A stretch of DNA of 64,000 nucleotides from Vitrella brassicaformis CCMP3155 (Eukaryota > Protista > Chromerida). The notes beneath the pieces were generated by a model. It saw nothing but the letters and a program-made list of their open reading frames with translations. It ran no database searches and had not been told where the DNA came from. Shown here in pieces: positions 1 to 11,483 of the stretch (position 1 is its first letter; each line of letters starts with the position of its first letter). The stretch lies in contig CDMY01000391.1 in assembly GCA_001179505.1 (NCBI GenBank), positions 1 through 64,000 of the forward strand, in the 5' to 3' direction. Both the position numbers and the translations under genes were made by a program.

Positions 1-2947
1 CTTGAATTCTCACATGATAGTTGGGCCTGCGGTAATATACGTGGTGGCACCAAAATGCCTCCAAGCAGACATGGTGGGCTTGGATAGCAAGCTCATATAC
101 TCTATCTTGATTGCCCTTAAGCTGGCTATAGGCGAAAATATGAATGAGACATATTGTTTTTCATCGCTGCTGTCTTTATCGCCTGCCTCTCTTCCTTCAG
201 CCTGGATCTCATCACAGATATACTACTTCTTTACTGTGCGTCAGCCATGTACATATGAATGGACTTCCTGGATGCTTCTCTTCATAGCTGTCTATCCTCT
301 CTTGGATGAATGCAGACATACTGCTCTACGTTTTCGCAAGAAAGTTCTTCATGAGCGGCCACTGCAACAGACCCAAACCCACTGCACAGCAGACAGCACA
401 GGGAGGGACAGCACAGGCGACGGACCGTCCTCCCTTCACTGACATCGCGACCGCTGCAGTTGACAATGGGATAAGCGATCGACCACTTAGACACAAAGAC
501 AGCAACGCTTCAAGACTCCAGCACAGCGGGACGACGAGAAGTCACCTGAGGCGGCAGACCACATTAATGACAGCAGCCCTTTCCTTCATTAGCACGGAGC
601 CAGCGCTCGCTGGAACTGCCAAGGTGCAGTCAGCTTTGGCGTCTCTGGAAGTCTCACCTCGCTACCTCCGCACCCTGTCAGACCAAATCAGGCTGTACTC
701 TCTCATCGAAGTCACCGGGCTGCTCTACACCAATCTGATGATGTTAATTACTAACCAAATATAGGGCACCGCTTCATCTCTCAGTTTTGTGCAAGGAATT
801 GGGGGCCTGCTCATGCTGGTCAGCATCGAATGCGCTTTCGAAGCGGTTTTTTTTCTTGTGATGGTCCGATGGAACAACATCCCTCTGCTGTCATCCAGTT
901 ACGAGAAAGGCGTCACGTGGTGCGGACTTTTCACGTGTTTATGGATTTTGATGCTCGGGTAAGCTGTGATCGAGACACACACTATTATATGCTGCGAGAA
1001 TGCACCCTTGTCTGTCGCTCCCTCATCCTGTCCTCTTTCTGCCTTTCCTGTCTGTCTGTCTGTCCAGTGTGTCGCTTATGATTCCGTATCTTAAAGTCTT
1101 CGTGCTTCGTGGGGCGGATGCTGATAAGTGGGGCGAGATTCAGCCTAAAGATGTGTGCCCATATTTCTCCTTTATTTTCTAAGGAGACACCGGCACCGTT
1201 CATTCGTTTGCTTACTCGGTGGTGTACAGGTGATTGGCCTTCTCTAGGCAATTTACCTATAGTATGGGGACACACGATGCGTGCTTGCTTAATAATTCCT
1301 CGGTCAAATCAACCCCAAATCACCTCCATCCACCCCCTGCTCATCCTGTCCATCAAAAACCCTACGTTGGACGCACTTACTCTCTGCACTGCCCTCCCTC
1401 CCTCCCTCTCTGTTGGTATGTGCCTGTCTGGGTGGCTTCCTGTCTGGCTGTGGGGCTGGGGTTGGTGTGTTGCCCTCCAATGCTGGCGGTTTGACCTGAT
1501 GGCTAGGCAGCTGTGTGTGAGTGTGTGTAGGTGTGTGAGGCCTGTCTGCCTGACTACCTGCCTGGGTGAAGCACATGGAGTAAGACCTTCTTACATGGTA
1601 TTAATGGCCCACATGCCCCTCTCCAGGTTTCTCCCACACCACACAATCTCACAACCATGGCCAACGAGCTGTATTGGGCTGACTGCCTGGCTGTGTGTGT
1701 GTGCGTTGGTGTCGATGGACTGACTGATGTGAACGCGTCGGTGGACAGAAATCAACACACGCACACACTCCAACACTCCTTGGCTGCGCTGCCGTGTCTA
1801 CCTGTTTTGCCCCTCCCTCCTCTCCATCTGGATGGCTGGTCGGTCGGTGCTTTAGTTTGTTGGGCTGTTGATTGACATCTTCTCTCTCTCTGAATGGGTA
1901 CACACATGTCGGTCTGCCTGCATGAACCCAGACAGACAGACAGACAGACAGACAGACAGGCCGGTCGATAGACCACCCACTCTTGTATGGCGTGTCCATC
2001 CATCCATCCATCCATCCGTTTATCCATCTGCGCCGCATTGTCTGCTGCACACACACATCACACATACGTGGCATTGTGTGCTTCACAGTCGTGGTCCATC
2101 CACTCACACCATCGCACCAGACAGACAGACAGACAGACAGACAGGCCGCTCCGATGCGGTCAGTCGGTTTTGCCTCCTTGTTGGTTCCCTGGGGCTGTGG
2201 GCGGCTTCCTGAGTTCATCTCGTGTGCGGCTGCTGCATGGCACATCCGGCATCCGGTCATGGATACGCAGCCATACACACTGGAGCGATCTGCTCCAACC
2301 CTCCTGACTTACTCGTGGTGATGGTGGTGCATGGTGGTTGGACGGCGGCGCGCTGCATGTGGCGTGTCATTGGTCCATCTCTGCTGCCTAATTGCCTTAC
2401 GTCGGCTGCCTCCCTCTCCCCTCCCCTCTCTGTATCCCTCGATCTCTGTACACACCGATACATACCGATACATACAAAATATGTAGACAGCATATGGTGA
2501 CATACTATACGTACTGACGTGTGTCCACATCGATGGCTTCTCTCTCTCTGTGTAAGTGCATGTGTGTTGCCTGCTGGCCATGGATGAGTGTTGCACGTGA
2601 CGCACACTTCTGTGTATTGGCCTGTCTGCCTGGCTGTGTTGATGGATGGACTGACAGACATGTGTGTGTGAGCATTGCATTGGATTGCTCATGTCCGTGT
2701 GGTGAATAGTGCACATCGATGCACACAAATGAGTACACACTCACTCAAACACTCAATCACTCTCTCCTCAAGCCAAACAATGAACCTCATTGCGCTCGCC
2801 TGCGTTCGCACCACTCACTCGCACCACTCACACGCACTTCTGTCCTCTCGTCACCTATGAAGCAATGAGTTCGATCGCTCAGTGCGAGCTTCCAATACAG
2901 CGAGCAAAGACGTGAGAAGGCTTCGCGGTTCACACGAGGCGGCTGCG

Positions 2948-4512
2948 ATGATGAGCAGGCAACCGGAGCAGCATCAGGAGCAGCAGCATCCCTTCACGTA
3001 CATCTTCGTTGGTCGTCGCACGTTCTGGCTGCTCAGCCTCACAGACATACTGCGGCTGAGAGCCACCTGCACATGGCTCAGGAGTCTCTTCAAAGCGGCC
3101 CAGCTGAGAGATCGGCTCCGTCACTCTGTCGGCTCACAGGCGGGGCTGCGGCGGGTGGTCAACGGACAGCAGGTGCAGCTGGTGCGGTTCGACGATGACC
3201 AGTTCGGCATGTGTGATCTGCTGGCGGCTGTGTGTGTGATGGAGGAGGGAGAATGGGTGGAGATCGGCGAGGTGATTGAGTGGGCCAGCCAGTGCGGCCA
3301 CTGCACACTGCCTGTCAACCTGACGGCAGATGACATCAACGCACACGCCAATATGACGGTAAGGACACACACACAGGGGGGCGGGAGAGAACAGAGAGGC
3401 CTCATTCATTCCTCTCTGTCTGTGTGTGTGTGGTGTAGGCGTATGGATCGTTTCCCCGTGTGTTGGCGCAGCTCATGGTGGTCGGCCGCCATGTGGCCTT
3501 AGGTGACGGCAGCTGCCTGCAGCTGTTCCAGTATGGCAATGGTGAGGTGCGGGCCATCAAGGACCAGGACGAGTTCCGGCTGACCGTCGACCCGCCCCTC
3601 GCCGCCCACCATCTGTATCAGCGGCATCGACTGGAGCATGACCCACCAGTGGCCAGCGACATGCACTTCCCGTCCACCGATGCGTCGGTGTCGTCGTTGG
3701 CCAAGCGCACGATCCTCAGCCACTTACACTTACCTCAGACTCACCAGATCAATCGCACATCGATACGGCTCAACAGGTGACACATCAGTGGCAGCAGTGG
3801 GTGAGAGGGGTGCGTGTTTGATTTTGTGTGTGTGTGTGTGTATATGCGGTTGGTTCAGGCGTGTTGGTGGCGGCCGTCTGGACGGCCTCCTCACCCAGTC
3901 GCCCCACATACCGGTCGCCAGATGTACCACCACACTCGGCTCGGACGGTGGTGTGCGGTCTCTGGTGCTGACCGACAGCAGCCACAACCTCGTCGCGTGG
4001 ATTACTATTGAGGATCAGGGAAACGACAACGGTAAGGACGACAGACAGACAGATCCGCTGGTCAAATCTCATGTGATATCTGTCTGGGCTGCCTGTGCAG
4101 TGGTGGTGTATGTCGTGACGACCGAAGTTCCTGTGTGTGCGAGCGGTGCCTTCAAGGACCGCTTCCCGGTCACCACTCAGCTGGCCCGTGTGGCGCTGGG
4201 TCAAGTGGCGCCATACGTCTTCGACGGCCAAGTAGACGGTGACAATGACGATGATGATGACGGTGCGGACAGGGGAGGGGGAGGGAGACACACACACATG
4301 ATGGCCATGGTGTGGATGGATGGCATTTCTTCTCTGTCTGTGTGTGTGTGGTGTAGATTCCGACAGTCATGGCGGCGGCTGGGATGATATGGACGTCGAC
4401 AGCGACGGAGAGGGCAGCGGAGGTACACACGAAGGGGAGGGACACCCTCACGTCCATCCGCATCACATAGCGTGTGTGTCTATCTGAAGCCGAAGAGGAG
4501 AGCGGCGAGTGA
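2948..4512 (+). CDS. Lineage-specific multigene family member A (F-box-like N-terminal motif, acidic tail); 6 exons, apparently intact
   Basis: Exons read HPFTYIFVGRRTFWLLSLTDILRLRATCTWLR / VLAQLMVVGRH / RRVGGGRLDGLLTQSPH / FKDRFPVTTQLARVALG / acidic tail. GT-AG introns are in compatible phases and TGA lies at 4510-4512. Four paralogues are in the window. Confidence 0.8.
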
Positions 4513-5317
4513 TCAACCCAACTCAATAACGGACCGCCACAGGTACTCACACACACCACAGTGTGTTCGAATCTTCTGTCTGTATGGGTGTCCTCTTTGT
4601 GTGTGTTGGCAGGGTGTTTGCAGTGCTGTCTGTGGCTGCTTGCCGCCCAGATCGACTCATGGCTGTCTGTGATAGAGAGAGATCGTATGCCGCCCACTCT
4701 GTAGAGAGACCAGCTGCTGACACATGACTGACCCAATGGCTGTGGGTGGGCGACCTGTCTGCGTTGCCCAATCCACTCTCTGTGCACTGCCCTCCCTCCC
4801 TCCCTCCCTCCCTCCCTCTCTCCCTCTCTGTTGGTATGTACCTTTCTGGGTGGCTTCCTGCCTGGCTGGGGGGAGGGGAGGGTGGAGCTGGTGGCCGGTT
4901 TTGACCCTGATGGCTCGGCCGCGGTGTGTGAGTGTGGATGTGTGAGACCTGTCTGCCTGACTAGCTGCCTGGGTGAAGAAAACGGAGTGAGACCTTCTTA
5001 CATGGTATTGATGGCACACATGCCCCTCTCCAGGTTTCTCCCACACCAGTTGGCCAACGAGCTGCATTGGGGTGGCTGCCTGGCTGTGTCTGTGTGTGTG
5101 TTGGTGTGGATGGACTGACTAATGCGCACGTGTCGGTGGACAGAGATCAATACACACACACACACACACACGCTCCTTGGCTGCGCTGCCGTGTCTATCT
5201 GTTTTGCCCCTCCCTCCTCTCCGTCTGGATGGCTGGGGGACACACACACCAGTGGTGCACAGGATGTGTGGATGGATGGATGGATGAAATCTCTTGTCTG
5301 TCTTTGTGTGTGGTGTT

Positions 5318-5750
5318 CCGACGGCCATGACGAGTGACGATATGGATGACGCATCGGCAGAGGAGGATAGCGACGAGGGTGACGGCGACAACGATGATGC
5401 CGACAGTGGTGACGGTGCGGACAGGGAGGGAGGGACGGAGGGAGACAGGGAGGGAGGGACACACACTCGCGCGAATGGATGGCTAACGTGCCTTCTTTAT
5501 GTGTGTGGTGCAGACGGTGATGGTGGCGATGAGAGTGACCATTTGGATGTCGACAGCAAACACGGCAGCGGAGGTACACAGGAGCGAAGGAAAGAAGGCA
5601 CACACAGAACACCACAGATACCCTTGTCTCGATCCGCATCACATACATTTGTGTGTGATTCTGTGTGTCTTGATGACAGGTGAGATGCATCAGCCGAGGA
5701 GGAGAATGGCGGCGTTGACGACACACACACCAATCATCATTATACCTACA
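5318..5750 (+). pseudogene. Orphan 3' tail exons of family member D
   Basis: DDASAEEDSDEGDGDNDD and DASAEEENG exons match the reverse complement of 40675-41110. No upstream family exons are present. Confidence 0.7.
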
Positions 5751-6339
5751 GGTACGCCGACACCCCTCACACCCCGTGGTGTCTGTCATTGAATTGACCC
5801 CGAACCATTCGTTTCTCTCTTTGTGTGTGTGTGTGTATCCTGCCTGACCGGCTGCAGTAGCAAGTTGTCCGGTCGCCTCGACGCATCGCATAGCTGTCTG
5901 TGCGTAGAGTAGATGAGAGGCTGATGGCCCACCGACTCCGCGACTCCCCGACTGCCGGCCTGCCGGTGTGCATCTCTTTCCCCCACTGTCGCGCCTTGTA
6001 TCTATCTGTCTATCTGTGTCGATAGCCCTCCCTCCTGCTGGCTGCGTGTGACGTATGGTGTCTCTGATCGACTGATTGATGCACACGTGTGTGTGAGGTA
6101 GTTGATCTGTGGGTCGCGTGTGTCTGACTTGCCCCCTCTCTCCATCCACATGCCCATATCTGACGTCCATGGCTGCCTGGCTACTTGGCTAGTTGGCTTC
6201 CTTTGGGGGTGGTGCTGTGTCTCATGGATGGTGTCTTGACGGCTGGTGGGGTGTGAGTATCGACCATGGGTGTGCTTTACTTGTACAGCCTTGTCGCCTG
6301 CACTGTGTCGTGACCGTCATTGAGACGCATGGGCTGCCA

Positions 6340-6770
6340 CCAGTGTGTCTGTGCAGAGGAGAAGTCGATGAGACACAGGGGACAGTTGGAGCTGCTGACA
6401 GTCGACCAAGTGGATGAAGCTATGTGATTGGCTCCACATGAATGTGACAGTTAATTTTGATAGCGCTAGTGCAGTGCATGTGATGCGATAGATACGTCAG
6501 CGCACCAGCCGGTGGCGCGATTTCACTTTTCCTTGGTGGAGTTGAGAGCTCGCAGTTTCCAGCAATTTTCGGCAGCGAGGGTGGTCCAGTGCATTGTACA
6601 GGACCGATTGTTCTTGCCTTTCGGACGGTGGTGCGTGCGGACCTCACTGATTGTCGCTGTGCTCGCCATGAAGAACTGAATGCATGTGCACATTACATTC
6701 ATCGCTCTGTACAATTGCGTGTCCCCGCTTTGGCTGCTCACGGATCGGATCATACATCCTCATGGATTGA

Positions 6771-6804
<34 letters not shown>

Positions 6805-6860
6805 GCTCTCCGCTCTCTCCTTGGTCGCACCGTACCTGGCGCGCACACACAACAAGAGAG
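6340..6860 (+). repeat. Orphan copy of the last exon and 3' flank of the ankyrin locus
   Basis: Reverse complement of 51420-51910 and of 39525-40070 (gaggagaagtcgatgagacacagggg...catgtgatgcgatag). Confidence 0.8.
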
Positions 6861-7379
6861 AGAGACTTAGTGTGTACCCCTCCCTCCTTCGAATGGGTTT
6901 CTTCACCCGGGCATGCATTCCCTGTGCAGTCTGTCTATGTGCAGCTACCTACCTGTCGACGACACTCCTTCCTCGCTGAGATTGACGCCGGCAATGAATT
7001 GGTGGTTCAATGGCGTCAGCAGCACACGTGTGGCAGGTCGCCGTGGGGCCCTCGCCCCGGGCGAACGAATGCCGTGACGCCCTCGGGAAACGGTCGGTTG
7101 AGGGGGCGGTCCATCAGCGCCACCACATCTGACCCAATGGCACCAGATCTCAATTGCCAGATCTGACCCAATACATACAAGGAGAGGAACAAACACATGT
7201 ATTGCACTGCACGGCTGCCTGTCTGTCTGTCTGTCTGTCTGCCTGCCTGTCTGCCTGCCTGCCTGCCTGCCTCCCTGCCTCCCTGCCTGTCTGTCTGTCT
7301 GTCTGTCTGTCTGTCTGAGGGTCGCGCTGCGTCCATTATTCCGTCGTCTGCAAATTTGCGAGACGACCGCCGAACGAAG

Positions 7380-10300
7380 GGCGTGTTACTCACCACGTAT
7401 GCGCTCCTCATCGTCGTGGCGTTCATTTACTCTGCAGCAGCGGCGACTGCTCGCGACGAGTACTGTGAGGGCACGGACTGCCCTGCCGATGGTGGGCGAA
7501 TGCACGTGAGATGGAGATCCATGGCGCACACATCAGTGCTAGCTGGCCCGTATCCGGCTGTCCGACATCGTATCTGTCGACTGTGTGCAGGTGCGTCGTT
7601 CCTCGGCGGCGGTCAAGAGATCCAGGCGGTCAAGAGATCCGGTACCCACACACAGATGGGTGTGGGGTGAAGACCTGTGCGTCCATCCATCAAATGTGCG
7701 TGTGCGTGCAGGAGCTGAGTTGTCCATGATGGAGCAGCACCTCCTGACCGGAAAGAAGTCACTCCAGTCGGCCATCAAGCTCCGCACTGAGGCCAATAAA
7801 GTCACCAGCGCCGCCAACGATTTGATGGTCGCAGCCAACACAACCCTCGATAACCTCCAGACGCAGCTGAATGTCCTTACCGGTATGCAGGCAGGGAGGC
7901 ATCCACACTGATCCATCCATCCATCCATCCATCGAGTTCGCATTGTCATGCGTCCTGTGTCGTCTTGCCGAATGGATGAATGTGACAGGCACTTTCGCAA
8001 CGGCTGTCAAGACCGGCCATTCCGACTACGAGAAAAGGCATCCCCAAGGCCAGTGGGTGGTGGATGTATGGGAATATCACTCTCTCTGTATGGCTCTTCT
8101 CCTCCCTGCAGATGAATGCCAGAAAGACAAGGACTGCGCAACGACGGGCAAAGAGGGGTTCTGCTTCGAGCACGTCGACCGACACAGGAAAACAGAAACA
8201 TACAAGGAGGACAAGAACAACCCGCTGTATGCACGTCGCTGCCAGGCAAGGGTCACCTATGCTGTTGGTTCTGTTGGTTCGGATGCAACTCATCGGCCTT
8301 GCTGTGTGTGGTGTCCTTTGCCTTTGCAGACGAAGGGCGATCGTAAGGACTACTGCGGGGACAGCGGGGACAAGCATTCGTCGGTCTTTTCATGTGTTTC
8401 CCCTGATTGCGAGCCCAAGAAGCCCAAGAGCAAGCCGTGCAAATGGGGTCTGGAGTGCAAAGACGACGTTTGCGTGTAAGTGGCCGACTCGCTTGTGCAT
8501 GCACATGTGCACCTGCGAATGAATCGACAGGTCGGATCGGTTTCATACCTTTCTCGAGGGGCGCAGCATCAAATCCACCGAACCCGGACGTTAGCACGCA
8601 AACAACACATGAACGAATGAATCGCATGAAACGTGGACCTTTGCTTGCCCATATGTGATATCCCACGTGTGTGCAGGCAGATGCTGGTTCGCGGAGCAAG
8701 CGAAACGTAACCACCAGAAGCATTGCCCAGGTGAGTCTTGGCTATGCCGTCTGCTCATGTCTCTATCTCTTTCTCTCCCTCTCCCTTTCTCTCTCTCTCT
8801 CTCTCTCTCTGTCCATCCATCGTTCCTAACACCAGAGGGCCAGATCTGTGCACTCACCCGCAAGAGGTCTCACAAGGGTGCTGATGCTGTCCGAAGCTGC
8901 AGGACTATGTCAAGTGGGCCGTTGAGGGCGAGTGCGTGCCGTTTGTCGATCGGGAGTCCCATTGTAGCGAGACAGACTGCCTTCCCCCAAAGGCTTGCCA
9001 GTGCGCTTCGGCCGCAGCGAACCCTATCCCGGTGACGAGTATGTCTGCGCGGCGGATCGTTTCAACTACTGCGACGGCAAAGGACCATACAAACCCTCGG
9101 GTACTCGACAGGTGCATATCCATCCATCCATCCATCTATCCATCCAGTTGGCATTTCCTGTGTCTCGCCTTGTCTGAATGCAGTTTGCCCTGTCCAGTCT
9201 GGGCGTCTCGCTTCCACACCGGCCGGCAAACATCACGGTCCGTAACTCACGCAGAGCAGCGTACATGTGTGTGGGGGTGTACGTATCCTTGTGTGTGTGT
9301 GTGTGTGTGTGTGTGTATACAGGCAAATGTGAGCTGACGGTGACGACAGATGAGGGTCTGGACCGCCGCCACTACAAGCACACGTGTCCGGACGGCCTGG
9401 TCTGCCTGATAACCAACGAGTACCACGGCTTCGACGGGGACACCGATGTAGGCGTGTGTATCAATGCGGCCGACGTCGAGAAGCTTTGCCGCAAGAGGGA
9501 CGACTACGACCCAAAGCAGGAGCGCCAGCCGTTCGCGGTTGCCCAGTACTACGATTTTCAACACACAGAGTGCGAGTACGTCTGGGTGGACTACGTCGCC
9601 TCCCGCAAGACAAGAAGGCCCGTCTGGGAGCGGGTCGACCGCTCCGGGCCGGATTGGTTCGAGTTCTGCGCCGCCAAGGACATCACCCATGAAACCCTCG
9701 AGTTCACACGTACGCACGCGTAGTGCTTTATACACACAAACACACCGATGCACCTGCACGCGAAATGGTCCTTCCCTCTGTTCTTATTCGTACGCGTGTG
9801 TTGATTGTGTGCAGCTAGTGACAAGTGCGCCGAGTACACCAAGGAATTCGCCAAGAAGTTCGCCGCCTAACCAAGCCCTCGAGACCACTGCTCGGATTCC
9901 CCTCGGCCTCTGCGGTGGACTCTGCGCATCATCGATTCTGCACAGGGCCCGAGACCAAGAACCAGCCATGCGGCCCGCCCTCCAAGACGTGCATCTGCAA
10001 CCGCGAAGGAGACCAATGCAAGACCAAGGTTCGTGGGTAATTTACGCGTCGATCTCTGTGTGGCTGGCTGGCTGGCTGGCTGGCTGCCATGTTATGTTTG
10101 TGTTGATATGTTTGTTTACGTCTGTGCAGGAGGGCTTCCAGGCCGATATCGATGCTAAGACCGCTCGTGAGAAAAAAGAGAAACGCTCCCGCGCCGAACA
10201 TGAACTCGAAAACTACGATGGAGGTGAGTGCACTGCAAATACACACAGGGGCCACATCCATGCGGGCGTGTACACATGTGTCTGTCTGTCTGCATGCGTG

Positions 10301-10537
10301 TGTGCTGTGCGAGCAGGCACCTGCTTCTATTTCACCCACGGTGGGTCGGTGAGTCAGAACTGCGGCGGCGGACTGGTGTGTGTGGTGGGCACGCGCACGC
10401 CAGAGGAGGGGAGACGGTCGGGGAAGTGCATGCACAAGGAGAAGGCAAAGGATAAATACTGCCATGGCGCGCCGGTCAAAAGGGACAACTATGGCCGATA
10501 TAGCTGCCAGCCGTTCAAGGAGGGCACGGTAGCCTGA
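7380..10537 (+). pseudogene. Multi-exon Cys-rich secreted protein gene, arm-1 copy with three 1-nt deletions
   Basis: Hydrophobic LLIVVAFIYSAAATA leader followed by Cys-rich exons (DECQKDKDCATTGKEGFCFEH; GKCELTV...HTCPDGLVCLI; GTCFYFTHGG...CGGGLVCVVG). Relative to the arm-2 copy, single bases are missing at about 8889, 8984-8988 and 9870 (the last creates TAA). Start codon not resolved. Confidence 0.7.
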
Positions 10538-10639
10538 CTGATGATTAGAGCAAGGAGGGGCGGGAGGGAGGGAGGGAGGGAGGGTACACTTAAGCGACGG
10601 CTTTTCTCTTTTCTTTTGTTTTTCGTCATACCCTCTACA

Positions 10640-11000
10640 CCATTTCTTTCAGACTGCAGGCGGGATACACACAGAGGCACGGACGGACACAGAGGGGTTG
10701 ACACACACAAGGGGGGACACACAGAGTTTTCATTATGGTCATTTTGTTTGTAATTATGTGATTTGTGTGATCCCATCGTCTGTCTGTCTGTCTGTCTGGG
10801 GTGGGTGGTGTTGGCCGCGCACGTCCATGGCCTGGCTGCAGCGTTGCACTCATTTCACGGATGGATGGACCGTTTCCTTTGTCCTTTCCATCAAGCGCTC
10901 CAAACGACCGACCACATTATATTGGCTGGCACAGATCAATCAATGAATGAAGGGGGACTCTCCATGCCTCGACTTAGTTAGCCTTTCAGAAACACCACAC
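10640..11000 (+). repeat. About 340-bp repeat, copy 1 (copy 2 at 12536-12865; inverted copy at 33795-34165)
   Basis: Shared gacacacacaagggggg...gcgctccaaacgaccgaccacattatattggctggcacagatcaat...cgacttagttagcctttcagaa. Confidence 0.85.
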
Positions 11001-11483
11001 GCGAACATCAACTATCTCATCGGCAGTCAGAGAGCATCCCCCACTCACTCACTCAACTCACTAATCGAGAGCCTGCTGGGTGTGAGGTACTTGCCTGTCC
11101 GCCTGTCCCTCTGTCTGTCTGTCTGGTGGGCGTGTGGTGAGCGGGGGGAGGAGAGGTGCTGAGACGTGCAATGCCATGCGCTCGACACGTGTGGTGTGTG
11201 TGTGTGGCACTGTGTGCATGGGAATCGTTGGCACTGAACGCCTCTCCTCATCCATCCATCCATCCATTCATCCATTGGTCCATCCATTGTCCATTGGCCC
11301 ATTCGCGTGTTCCTGCGGGATTCCGTCGGACCGACACACAAGGCCCTCAGGCATGAGCGCGTGATGGTCATTTATTTCACAGCCAGGCTGGTCCAAAGCA
11401 AACCATGCGGCTTGGCTGAAGAAGGCGGCCTCCCCGCTGTTTACAACAACTTCCTGGCCATCGAGCGTCGAACGGTAGAGAGA

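Noticed and set aside
1-1300. ORFs 2-442 and 306-764 in a microsatellite-poor stretch
   Set aside because: No recognisable motif and stops in all alternative frames; may be a degraded gene but cannot be supported.
4998-6170. 390-aa minus-strand ORF and many similar six-frame ORFs rich in HT, DRQT, SIHP, VCLS
   Set aside because: These are translations of intronic microsatellites or antisense to real exons.
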